Origin: the human T2T-CHM13v2.0 reference genome, Homo sapiens
Assembly: GCF_009914755.1 (NCBI RefSeq)
Contig: NC_060938.1
Direction: 5' to 3' (one strand)
DNA length: 64,000 nucleotides
Position 1 is the stretch's first letter, and each line of letters starts with the position of its first letter. Made by a program: the position numbers and the translations under genes. Below the pieces are notes generated by a model. It saw only the letters and a program-made list of their open reading frames with translations. It made no database searches and had not been told where the DNA came from. Of this stretch, positions 29,619 through 43,296 are shown in pieces.

Positions 29619-30289
29619 GAATATGTAGAGAATTTTTAAAAATTTTTAGCATATTTTACAAAACTTATTGCCTTATAAGTACTCACTCAATATTTTATTT
29701 AAGGAGTACATCTTGATTTTTAAGGGTTTCTTAGCTTTATTGGTTATGTATTAAATAAAACCTCAGCATTTCAATCATAATGTATAAGAAGTATGTTTAT
29801 GTCATTATTTTTAAAACATAATTTGAATAAATGTATAATATTCCATGTATGCTGTTACCATAACATATTTAAAAATTTTAGCAATATTCAATATCTCATT
29901 TTATTATTATATTTAAAAATTAAAGCCTAATGATCACACTTTTTACATAAGCTTTCGTTTGATTTTACTTTCAAAGATTATGGTCAAGTTCTCTCACTAT
30001 GTAGACTCTTTTTCAATCATATATTTCTAGTTTCATAAATGACACAGCATGTTTCTTACTTCAAAAATAGCATAAACTTGAAATTAAATTAGATTCCTAT
30101 TTAGGTACATTTGAATAATTTAAAGTAAATGTCTTACATTGCAGAGCTAGAAAAATGTTTATTTTTTATATTTTGGTTTGCTTTTGGTTCTTTTAGTTCT
30201 TTAGTGAGCTTTTTTTTAAAAAATAAAACACTTCACAAATATTCTCTCTCAAATATATGTACAAACTAAATGTGGTTTGCTTTCAGCTA

Positions 30290-30504
30290 CAGTTGACCCT
30301 TGAACACATGTGTACACTACACAGGTCCACTTATATGCACATTTTTTTTCAACCAAACTCAATAAAAAATGTGGTGTTTTCTGTAGGGTTGCCTTTTCCT
30401 ATAAACAGGTTCCACAGGGCCAACTGGGAAACTTGAGTATATGTGGATTTTGGTACATGAAGGTGCCCCTGGAATTGATCCCCACCTATATGGAGAGATA
30501 ACTA
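30290..30504. mobile_element. MER8 (Tigger2-derived MITE)
   Basis: TA-CAGTTGACCCTTGAACA...GGTCCACTTATA...CTTGAGTATATGTGGATTTTGGTA...AACTA-TA; TA target duplication. Confidence 0.8.
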
Positions 30505-32183
30505 TATGTTGTGTTTGCTAGATTCACCAGCCAGAGATAATATACTATTATAGAATGCTTTAGATTTATACAATTAACTAATATATTTGGCACATTTTTA
30601 TTTATGGCTCACATCAAGTTACATACTCAATACATGTCTGACTTAGCTTCTTTATCTGTAATCTGAGAATACTCCTTTTCCTGAATACATATCATGATGA
30701 CAAGGATCTTACAAAACAAATCATGTCAAAGACTAGGCATGTGCTAGTTAGTTTTAAACATTCTTTAACAAATAATCTCCAGGGACACTACCTTCAACAC
30801 TGAATCTTTGAGAAAATCTAGTTTTTAAATGGTCCACATTTTGCATTAATTTTTTAAAACATATTGAAGACCATAGGAAAGAACTGGAAAGATTTCTGAG
30901 ACATCTGAAAATAATAGAAAATAATCTACTTTATATCAAGAAACATTGAACAAAAATGAAATAAATAAAAAAATTCTGTGGAAGAAGAAATTAATTCAAC
31001 CTCATATATTTCTCAGTCAATTTATTCAATAATGAGGTCACTTGATTTACTTCATGTGTACATTTCAATGAATGACTGCATGTCTAAAATATATTTTATA
31101 CTTTTTTACTGAGATTATTCACACTTCAGTCTTCCTGTTTTGGTACAAAATATTTTAGACAAACTATTATACTTGTTCATGTATAACTGTCACTTTAGTT
31201 ATAAAAATGATGCTTAAGTTAAAAATAAAATAATTTTAATAAAGAAGTGTGAGAAGTAATATATAACCTCTGAGTCAGTCAGAATCTAGCAAAGCTTTAT
31301 AGGTCACATTCATTAAACATTCTTACATTCACTGTCAGTGGCTCTAATTAAGAATGATCATATAAAAAGATCTTTTCATTTTTCTTGGCTTTTTCTAGTT
31401 TGCCCAAATCGCACCAATTATTTCTTCTATACTGTTGGTTCATGAGTTTGTGACTGTACATAGTTAGTAATTACTTAAAATCAGATTTTTTTTTACATTT
31501 TACTGAAACATAGTTTAATTCACCTTTGCTTTTCTCCCACTAGCTTGATATATTATTGAACTATAATAATTTTAAAAAGAAAAATCACACTATGCTAAAG
31601 ATAAGGAAGCATTTAAATGACAGAACTATTTTGTCTGAATAAAGACACAAGATCATATATAGAGAAGAGAAAATGAGCTAATTCATATATTTGGATGATA
31701 TGAAGTAGATTAAATATTTTATGTTTTTAAATAAGTAACATGTTAAGCAAGACAAAATTATTTTTAATAAAATAAAAAATATACAAAAGCTTTAAAATTC
31801 ATGCAAATATCTAAATGAAAGAAGAAATCAGACAATGTATATCTTGGCATTGTTCAGTCGGGGATTATTGTTTGGACGATATTTGCTATATTTGTATTTC
31901 TCTGTCTTGTTATTTTTTTTCTATTAGCTGAACATAAAAATTTCAAACATGAAACTAAAATAAACGAGTAAAATAACATCATTATGGGCTGACATACTTT
32001 TGGTGTGTTAAGGTGTATTACTAATATGATACATATTGTAAAAACCATCAATAATAATTTAAAATTATAATATTTAACAATAAAATTACTACATTTTGTA
32101 ATTAACTATGCTAACTATATCATTAACTATATTAATGACACTGACATTGCATAAAAATATATTTGTATAGCAGATAAAAAGAT

Positions 32184-32326
32184 GAGGGAGGGATAGCATT
32201 AAGAGAAATACCTAATGTAAATGACGAGTTAATGGGTGCGCAAACCAACACGACACATGTATACATATGTAACAAACCTGCATGTTGTGCACATGTGCCC
32301 TAGAACTTAGAGTATAATAAAAAAAA
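32184..32326 (+). mobile_element. Very short 5'-truncated L1PA 3' end
   Basis: GGGATAGCATTAAGAGAAATACCTAATGTAAATGACG...CCCTAGAACTTAGAGTATAATAAAAA. Confidence 0.93.
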
Positions 32327-32890
32327 GTTGTAAAGATAAATTTTGTCTAGAATTCAACTAACAGGCACCTAGAAATTTTTAAGGATAATTAAAATTCGAA
32401 GATGAAATTTGAATGTTAACACAAAGCAAAATAAAAGAAATGCCAAATACATACAATTTTAAAACTATAACAACTTCAAACTTCGAAAAGAAACGTTTAT
32501 ATTATTATGTTATATAATATTTTTATTTTTAAAGGCACTTTTTTCTTGTGATTAAAGGTATGTTTTCTCTTAAAAACATGTATTTCTCTACATTTAAAAA
32601 AAGATTTTTTAACTTAAAAAATAAATTTTCTTCCTTTTTCTATTCCTATTTTATTTTTTTTAATTTTTTTAGACTTTTGGCCATTTTTCTTAACTTTATA
32701 TAGCACTAAAATGACTTATAAAATACTATAATTATATAAATTTTGATAGGATGTTAGTGAAATTTATATGCTATTCTGTTAGTTTATTAAATTAATGTTT
32801 ATTTTTATACAAACATTAATTATTTTCAAAGTGGCTACCAAAATGAATAATAAGCAATCATAAAATAATTATACAAAATTATATAGATAA

Positions 32891-33232
<342 letters not shown>

Positions 33233-33394
33233 AGAAATTGTATATTTTTAAATACACTAATAATCTTAATAATGCATCTGGTATATGTATATGAGTTACT
33301 GAGAAAGGTGTATTAGAATCACCTTCAATAATTTTGGTTTTAAAAATTTATCCAATTAAGAGACACTAGACCTTCTTTTTTCTTCCTAGTGAAA

Positions 33395-33515
33395 ATACAA
33401 CGAGAAGACAGCTGTCTGCAAGCCAGGAAGAATTCTTACCAAGAATTGAATCTCCTGGAACTTTTAACTTGGACTTGCCAGCCTGCAGAACTGTGAAAAA
33501 TAAATGTCTTTTGTG
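33395..33515 (+). mobile_element. MLT1/MST-type MaLR LTR fragment
   Basis: GAAGACAGCTGTCTGCAAGCCAGGAAGA...TTGGACTTGCCAGCCTGCAGAACTGTGAAAAATAAATG. Confidence 0.75.
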
Positions 33516-34779
33516 ATCAAGTGCCAAGATGACTTACTAGAAGCAGCTAGTATGCTCCACTCTTGTGAAAACGAAATAAACTGGCCAGTAAACACTAGCA
33601 CTTCAACTGGATCTTCCAAGAGGACATGTTGGGATTCAGCAAGGAAGCAACAGAAGCCATGGAGAAAAAAACAGCAAGACACAACAGCCACCCACCCAGG
33701 ATTGGGTGGAGTCAGGGGAGGATCCTTACCACAAAGAAATAGTGACTGAGAGAGAGTCCCATGGCCCCATACTTCTGTCATGGACCTTTGTAATCATAGG
33801 CACAGGTGATCCACCCTGAGTGATCCCCCTGGGGCCTTCAGACTAACAAGGAGAGCTGCATAGAATCTGGGGCAGAGCTCCAGATCAGGCACATGAGAAG
33901 TCCCAGGGGTCTTAGACCCCTAAGCACCCCAGTGCTAGTTGCCATAGCTTCACCAACAAGAAGGCCAAGTTCTCTGCAAGCGAGAGGTTAGTGGCTACAT
34001 TCATGGTTCTGAGGAGCAGAGGGACTTCATGCCTTGCCTCTGGTAAACCTCTCCAGGCAAAGCACACTGACCTGGAACTCCAGAACAGCCATGAAACACC
34101 CACTTGACCTCTTCGACTGGCAGCAGCTCTGCATTTCTCTGGGATGAAGTTCCCAGATGCAATAGACATACATATCTGCTGTTTTTGCTGCTATTGCAGC
34201 TCCAGCCACTACCCAACTGCCTTCAGGGTCAGGAGGGAGTGAAGAGTGTTATGACTGTTGTGGGCCTCCAGCACAGGGCAAGCTACCTTCTGGAAAAGCA
34301 GTCATATCGTTTTCAATGTTGGTCATGGCCCCTTCTACTCCTCACTGGTCAGGGCCTCCTGGCTTGAGCCTCCAGCACAGCCACCTACCTCAGCCTGACA
34401 ACTTGGGCCAGAAGCAGCATGGCATTTCCCTGGGACAGAGCTCTCATAGGTACAAGACAGGCCTGCCATTTTTGTCTGCTATAGCCCCTGCCCATAATGC
34501 CCTCAGATCAAGAGATAGCAAAGAGGCTTAAGGACTATAGCAGGTCTTCAGCTCAGCACAGCTGCCTTATGGAGGTGTTGTCAGACTTTTTTCCATGCCT
34601 GTCTTTGCTCCTGCTACTTCTCACTGGGTAGGGCCTCCCGACCTGGGCCCCAGCACAGCTACCCTGCTCCCACTTGAACACTTCAGACAGTGGCACCTGT
34701 GCATTTCTCTGAGATAGAATTCCCAGTGACAACCCACAGCCCCTCTGCCATTACATACAGTGGTACCACCCTTGCTGCC

Positions 34780-37082
34780 TGATATGGTTTGGCTCTGTGT
34801 CCTCATTCAAATCTCATCCTGTAGATCCCACAATTCCTATGTTTTGTGGGAGGTACCTGGTGGGAAATGACTGAATAATGGGGATGGGTATTTCCCATGC
34901 TGTTCTCATCATAGTGGATGGGTCTCATGAGATCTAATGATTTTAAAAACAGGAGTTTCCTGACACAAGCTCTTTCTTAGCCTGCTGCCATCCATGTAAG
35001 ATGTGACTTGCTCCTACTTACCTTTCACCATGATTGTGAGGCCTTCCCAGCCACGTGGAACTGTAAGTTGATTAAACCTCCTTCTTTTGTAAATTGCCCA
35101 GTCTCAGGTCTGTCTATCAGCAGCATGAAAATGGAATAATACAGTAAATTGGTACCAGTAGAGTGGGCTCTACTGAAAAGTGCCTGAAAATGTGGAAGCA
35201 ACTTTAGAACTGGGTAACAGGCAGAGGTTGAAACAGCTTGGAACACTCAGAAGGAGATAGGAAAATGTGGCAAAGTTTAGAAACACCTAGAGACTTGTTG
35301 AATGGCTTTGCCTAAAATGATGTTAATGGTATGGACAATGAAATCCAGGATGAGGTGGTCTCCAATGGAGATGAGGATCTTGGGGACTAGAACAAAGGTG
35401 ACTTTTGTTATGTTTTAGCAAAGAGACTGGTGGCATTTTGCTCCAGGCCTAGAGATTTGTGGAACTTTGAACTTGAGAAAGATGATTTAGGGTATCTCAT
35501 GGAAGAAATTTCTAAGCAGCAAAGCATTCAAGATGTGACCTGGGTGCTGTTAAAGTCACTCAGTTTTATAAAGGAAGTAGAGCATAAAAGTTCAAAAAGT
35601 TTGTGGCTTGACAATCTGATAGAAAAGAAAATCCCATTTTCTGAGGAGAAATTTAAGTCAGCTGCAGAAATTTGTATAAGAAATGAGGAGATGAATGTTA
35701 ATCCCCAAGACAATAGGGAAAATGTCTCTAAGGCATGCCAGAGGTCTTCATGGCAGCCCCTTCCATCACAGGCCTGGTGACCTAGGAGAAAAAAAAGTGG
35801 TTTTGTGGGCCAGGCCCAAGGTCGTCATGCTGTGAGCAGCCTAGGGACTTGGCAACCTGTGTCCCAGCTGCTCCAGCCATGGCTGAAAGGGGCCAATGTA
35901 GACTTTAGGCTGTGGCTTCAGAGGGTACAAGCCCCAAGCCTTGGCAGCTTCCACTTGATGTTGAGCCTGTGAGTGCACAGAAGTCAAAAATGGGGGTTTG
36001 GGGATCTCTGCCTAGATTTCAGATGTATGGAAATGTCTGGATGTCCAGGAATAAGTTCACTGCAAGGGTGAGGCCCTCATAAAGAACCACTGTTTAGGGC
36101 AGTGTGGAAGGGAAATGTGGGGTTGGAGCCCCCACAGAGAGTCCCTACTGGGGCACTGCCTAATGCGGCTGTGAGAAGAGGGCCACCGTCCTCCAGACCC
36201 CAGAATGGTAAATCCACTGACAGCTTGCACCGTGCACCTAGAGAAGACTAAGACACTCAATGTCACCCTGTGAAAGCAGCCATGAGGGAGGCTGTACCCT
36301 ACACAGCCACGGGGGTGGAGCTACCCAAGACCTTGGGAACCCACCTCTTGCATTAGCATGACCTGGATGTGAGACATAGAGTTACTGGGAGATCATTTTG
36401 GAGCTTTAAAATTTGACTGTCCCTCTGGATTTCACACTTGCATGGGGCATGTAGCCCTGTTGTTTTGGCCAATTTCTCCCATTTGGAATGGCTGTATTTA
36501 CCCAATGCCTGTACCCCCATTGTATCTAGGAAGTAACTAACTTACTTTTGATTTTACAGGCTCATAAGTGGAAGGGACTTGTCTCAGATGAGACTTTGGA
36601 CTGTGGACTTTTGAGTTAATGCTGAAATTAGTTAAGGCTTTTTGGGACTGTTGGGAAGGCATGATTGGTTTTGAAATGTGAAGATATGAGATTTGGGAGA
36701 GGCCAGGGGTATAATAATATGGTTTGACTCTGTGTCCCCACCCAAGTCTCATCTTGTAGTTCCCATAATTTCTACATGTTGTGGGAGGGACCCAGTGGGA
36801 AATGATTGAATCATGAGAGTGAGTCTTCCCCATGCTGTTCTCATGATAGTGAATGGGTCTCATGAAATCTGATGGCTTTAAAAATGGGAGTTTCCCCAAA
36901 CGAGGTCTCTATTTGGCTGCAGTCATCCATGTAAGATGTGACTTGCTCCTCTTCTTGACTTCTGCCATGAGTTTGAGGCCTCCCCAGCCATGTAGAACTA
37001 CAAATTGATTAAACCTCTTTCTTTTGTAAATTGTCCAGTGTCAGGTATGTCTTTATCAGCAGTGTAAAAAAGGACTAAGAAA
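34780..37082 (+). mobile_element. Full-length THE1 (THE1A/B-like) MaLR inside the L1 5'UTR (LTR 34780-35143, LTR 36715-37082)
   Basis: Two LTRs (first begins TGATATGGTTTGG and ends TAATACA; second degenerate) with THE1 internal sequence; 5-bp TSD CTGCC/CTCCC. Confidence 0.93.
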
Positions 37083-38821
37083 CTCCCCTTGGGCTGGGGA
37101 AAGAACAAAATCCTGGTTGCTTCACTAGCACCTTCATCATGACACAGCTGCCATATAGCGTAGAGCCCAGTCTCTCTTCCTTGTGAGCTCCCTACTCCTA
37201 TCCTTCACTAAGCAGAACTCCTTGCTTGGGCCTGCAGAGTAGCTACCTCACCCAAGCTGAACATTTCTATTGCCAGTGGCTCTGTGTTATCCTGTGATGG
37301 AGCTCCCAGAGGCAAATGACAGCCAACTGCCACTGCCAATGCAGTGGTACCTGCCCTTGCTGTCTTAGACTGGGAAAGAAATAAAAGAGCCTGAATGCTT
37401 TACTCATGCTTCCAGCACACTATGATTACCATATGATCACCATATGGCATGGAGCCCAATCTCTATTCTCTGTGAGCCCCTGATCCCCTGCTCTTCACCA
37501 GGCAGGGGCCCCAGCAAAGGCTCATAGTGCAGCAGCCCCACTCCAGACTGAAAATGCCCAGTGGCAGTGGTTCTGCATTTCTCTGGGGTGGAGATCCCAG
37601 AAGCAACTGAAAGTTTCTCTGCAACCGCTATTCAGCAGTACTGCCCTTGCTGCCCTCCAACTGGGGAGGGAACAAGATCCCAAGTGCTTTACTCACACCT
37701 CCAGCACACTGCAGCTACCCTACAGAGAAGAGATGAATCTGTCTTCTCACAAGCCCTGACACCCTCTGCTCATCACCAGTAGTGTCCCCCAGATTGGTTC
37801 CAAAATGCACAGGCCCCATCAAAGGTTGACCACTCCATTTGGCAGCATCTCTGCATTTCTGTATGGTGGAGCTGCAAAAGACAAGTGACAGACCTCCAGA
37901 CATTACCACTGCCAAGGTCCTCACCTCTTTTGTCCCCAAGCTTGTGAGGAAAAACCTTGAGCTCACCACAGGTCTGTGATGTGCAGCACTGCAGTGACAA
38001 GCCAAGCTATGCAGCCAGCATTTCAGTAGGAGGGAAGCCTACACACACAGAATACTGACACGAAGCATGGCTCCAAATGTGAGAAAATACACATTTGTGT
38101 ATGAACAAGAGCCTACCTATCAGCCATTATAGGTAGGTAGGCTGAACAAGAGCCTGCCTATCAGCCATTATACCTAAGTGTCATCAGCCAGCTTGCAGCA
38201 GAAACTTCAACACTAAAATTACTTTGCTAATATAAGCCTCTGTGAAACCCAGGACAATAATTCAGCTACTAATAAAGATCATGCAAAAAGGTGCTTTGAA
38301 AACATCCAGAAACAAAGTCAACTGACTATGCTCAAATTATACCACAGTTAAAGAAACACCAGCCCACACAGGTGAGAAAAAAGCCAACATAAGAACTCTA
38401 GCAACTCAAAAATCAGAGTGTCACTTTACCTCCAAATGACTGCACTAGTTCTACAGCAATAGTTGTTAAATAGAAGGAAATGGCTGAAATGACAGATATA
38501 GAACTGAGAGGTAGAAGAAAATGAAGATCATTGAAATTCAATAGAAAGTTGAACACTATTTCCAAGAATCTGAGGAATCCATTAAAATGATTAAAGAGAA
38601 AAAAATTAGCCATTTGAAAAAACAAAACAAGACAAACAAACAAAAACCAAACCTAGCAGGTAGAGTTACAAAATACACTACAAGAATTTCATAAAATGAT
38701 TGGAAATATTCACAGCAGAATGGACTAAGCCAAGAAAAGAATCTCAGAGATTGAAGACTGATTATTTAAGTTAACACAGCCAGAAAATAAATAAAGAAAA
38801 GAAGAATTTTAAAAAATGAAA

Positions 38822-39126
38822 GGTCAGGCATGGTGGCTCATGCCTGTACCTGTAATCCCAGCACTTTGGGAGGATATTGAGACCATCCTGGCTAACATGG
38901 TGAAACCCTGTCTCTACTAAAAACACACACAAAAAAAAATTCACTGGGCATGGTGGCAGGTGCCTGTAGCCCCAGCTATTCAGCAGTCTGAGGCAGGAGA
39001 TTGGTAGGAACCTGGGAGGTGGAGCTTGCATTGAGCCGAGATCATGCCACTGCACTCCAGCCTGGGCTACAGAGCAAGACTCCATCTCAAAAAAAAAAAA
39101 AAAAGAAAAAAAGAAAAAGAAAAAAA
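38822..39126 (+). mobile_element. AluY-like element with an internal left-arm deletion, inside L1 ORF1
   Basis: TTTGGGAGG joined directly to ATATTGAGACCATCCTGGCTAAC; long A tail. Confidence 0.93.
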
Positions 39127-41372
39127 CCTTGGAGAAATAAGGGATTCTATAAAAAATTTCCCCAATTTCACTAGAGAGATTGACATATAAATTTAGAAAA
39201 TTCAGATAACCCATGTAAGATGCTATGTAAGACAACCATTGCAGAGACACAAAGTAATCAGATTCTTGAAGGTCAATGCAAAAGAAAAAAATATTAAAGG
39301 CAGTTAATGACAAGGGGCAGGTCACATAAAGTGGAAACTACATCAAATTCACAGGGGAACTCTCAGCAATATCCCACAGTCAGAAGACATTAAGAATCCA
39401 TATTCAGCATTTTTGAAAAAATAAAATTTTGAACCAAGAATTTTATGTCCCACCAAACTAAGCTTCATAAACAAGGGAGAAATAAAATCCATTTCAGATA
39501 AGCAAAAGCTAGGGGAATTTATTACCACCAGGCCTTTAGAGACCAGAAGAGATCCTTAAGAAAGTGCTAAACATGAAAATGAAGGACTGTTACCTAGCAC
39601 CAGAAAAACACACTCAAGTATATAGACCATCAACACTATAAAGTAATTACACAATCAAGTTTACGTAACAACCAGCTAACAACATGCTGGGAGGATCGAA
39701 TGTGCACATGTCAATATTGAAGATAAACAAGCTAAACACCCACTTAAAAGGCATGGAGTGGCAAAGTGGATAAAGAATCAAGACCCAACTGTATGCCGTC
39801 TTCAAGAGACCCATCTCACATGTGAGAACACCCATAGGTTCAAAGTAAAGGGATGGAGAAAGAACTACCAAACAAACGAAAAACAAAGAAGAACAGGTGT
39901 TGCTGTTCTTATTTTAGATAAAACTGACATTAAACTAACGATGATCAAAACAGACAATTAAGGGCATTACGTAATGATGAAGGATTCAATTAAACAAGAA
40001 GACTTAACTATCCTAAATATATATGCACCTAACACTGGATCACTCAGATTCACAAAACAAGCTCTTAGAGATATACAAAGAAACTTACATAACTACACGA
40101 TGACAGTGGCAGACCTCAACACCTCACTGACAGTGTAAGACAGATCACTGAGGCAGAAAACTAACAAAGATATTCGGGACCTAAACTTGACACTTGGCCA
40201 AATACACCTAACAGACATCTACAGAACACTCCACACATCAACAACAGAATATATATTCTTATCATCTGCACATGACACATATTCTAAAATCAACCACATG
40301 CTCAGCTATAAGTCAATTCTCAACAAATAAAAAAAAATGTTACCAGCCACACTCTCAGACCACAACACAATAAAAATACAAATCAATACCAAGAAGATCT
40401 GCCAAAACTGTAGGATTAAGTGAAAATTAAACAACCTGAACCTGAATGACTTCTGTGTAAACAATAAAATCAAGGCAGAAATCAAGAAATTCTTAGACTC
40501 TGATGAAAACAAAAATACAACACACTAGAAACTCTAGAACACAGATAAAGCATGGTTAAAAGGAAAGTTTATTGTGCTAAACACTTATGTCAACAGCTAG
40601 AAAGATCTCAAATTTGCAACCTAACATCACAGATAGAGGAACCTAAAAAACAAAAAAGAACCAACCTGAAGGTAGTAGAAGAAAAGAAATGGCCACAATC
40701 ATAACGGAAATTAACAAAATGGAGATGAGAAAAAAATGTAAAAAAATCAACAAAACTGAATGTTGGGTATTTGAAAGAAAAAATAATGTTGATAGGCCAT
40801 TATCTAAACTTATAAAGAAAAAAAGAGACAATATTCAAATAAACACATTCACAAAAGAGACAAAGGGGACATTACCAGTGACTCCACAGAAATACAACAA
40901 CCCTCAGGGATGATTATGAACACCTCTATGTACACAAACTGAAAAACCCAGAGAAGCTGCATAAATTCCTGGAAGCAATCTTCAAAGATTGAACCAGGAA
41001 GAAAACGAAACTTTGAACAGACTAATAGGAAGTTCCAAACTGAATTGGCAATACAATGCCTATCAATCAAAAAAAGTGTTGGCCTCAAAGGATTCACTGC
41101 CAAATTCTACCAGATGTATAAAGAAGAGCTGATACCACACCTACTGACACTATCTAAAATAATTGAGGGGGAGGGACTCATACCTAACTCATTCTATGAG
41201 GACAACATCATTCTGATACCAAATCCTGGCAGAGATGCAATGAAAAAAAAAACTTCAGACCAATATTTCTAATGAACATAGATACAGAAATATTCAACAA
41301 AATACTAGCAAACCAAATCTAGCTGTACATCAAAAAGCTAATCCACCACAATCAAGTAGGTTTTATTTCTTG

Positions 41373-41887
<515 letters not shown>

Positions 41888-43054
41888 TGCAAACCCCAAG
41901 CTTTGGTAGAGTCTATGTGATATTGGGCCTGTGTGTGTGCAGAAGACAAGAGTTGAGCTTTAGGAACCTCAGCCTGAATTTCAAAGGATGTATAGAAACA
42001 CCTGAATGTCTAGGCAGAAGTATGCTGCAGGGGAAGGGCCCTCATGGAGACCTCTGCTAGGGCAGTGCAGAAGGAAGATGTGGGGTCAGAGCACCCATGC
42101 AGGGTCTCCACTGGGGCACTGACTAGTGGAGCTGTGAGAAGAGGGCCGTCATTCTCCGGATCCCAGAATGATAGATCCACCAAAAGCTCACACCACTCAC
42201 CAGGAAAAGCTGCAGGCACTCAACACCAACCTGTGAAAGCAGCCAGAAGGGAGGCTGTACCCTGCCAAGCCATAGGAGTGGAGCTTCTCAAAGCCATGGT
42301 ATCCCATCTCTTGCATCTGTGTGACCTGGATGTGAGACATGGAGTCAAAGGACATCATTTTGAAACTTTAAGGTTTAATGACTGCTCTGTTGGATTTCAG
42401 ACTTGCATGGGGCCTATAGCTCCTTTGTTTTGGTCAATTTCTCCCATCTCCAATGGATGTATTTACCCAGTACCTGCACTCCCATTGTATCTAGGAAATA
42501 ACTAACTTGCTTTTGATGTTACAGGCTCATAGGTGGAAGGGACTTACCTTTTCTCAGATGAGATTTTGAACTTGAACTTTTGGGTTAATGCTGAAATGAG
42601 TTAAGACTTTGGGGGATTCTTGGAAAGGCATAATTGTGTTTTGAAATGTGAGGACATGAGATTTGCGAGGGGCCATGGACAGAATAATATAGTTTGGCTT
42701 TGTGTCCCTACCCAAAATCTCATCTTGAATTGTAATGCAAATTGTAATCCCCACATGTTGGGGGAAGGACATCATGGGAGGTGATTAGACATGGGGATCA
42801 TACTGTTCTCATGATAATGAGTGAGTTCTTATGAGAGCTGAAGGTTTTATAGGGGCTTTCCCCCACTTTACTTTGCACTTCTCTCTCCTGCAGCCATATC
42901 AACAAGGACATGTTTGCTGCCCCTTCCACCATAAGTGTATGTTTCCTGGAGCCTCCCCAGCCATGCAGAACTGTGAGTCAATTAAAACTATTTTGATTCT
43001 AAATTACCCAGTCTCAGTCAGTTCTTTATAGCAGCATGAGAACAGACTAATACA
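41888..43054 (+). mobile_element. THE1C-like MaLR: partial internal sequence plus 3' LTR (42685-43054); 5' LTR missing
   Basis: THE1 internal sequence; LTR with GGGGCTTTCCCC...GGACATGTTTGCT ending CAGACTAATACA. Confidence 0.88.
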
Positions 43055-43233
43055 GTGACCCACTCCTTTATATTTGTTTAACTGAGTTGATTCAATGAAT
43101 CCATCTCACAGCTCTAAGTTTTTTTCCTCAATTTAGTCCCTTCTGCTGTTAATACTTCCAGTTAAACAATGAAATGCTCATAGTGAGTTTCTCAGCTCTT
43201 AGACGAGTTTGGGTCATTGTCTTTCTTTCCTTT

Positions 43234-43296
<63 letters not shown>

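Larger units (their letters stand above)
33525..41372 (+). mobile_element. Old primate L1 (L1PA13-16/L1PB class): long 5'UTR, ORF1, ORF2 EN to start of RT; no 3' end
   Basis: 5' GCCAAGATGACTTACTAGAAGCAGC; ORF1 remnants about 38360-39600; ORF2 EN AKWIKNQDPTVCRLQETHLTC (39758-39961); [23 protein letters not shown] (41045-41272). Confidence 0.9.

Noticed and set aside
34119-37960. Periodic repeats as a CRISPR-like array
   Set aside because: The units are whole ~280-bp diverged monomers of an L1 5'UTR, not repeat-spacer structures, and the context is eukaryotic
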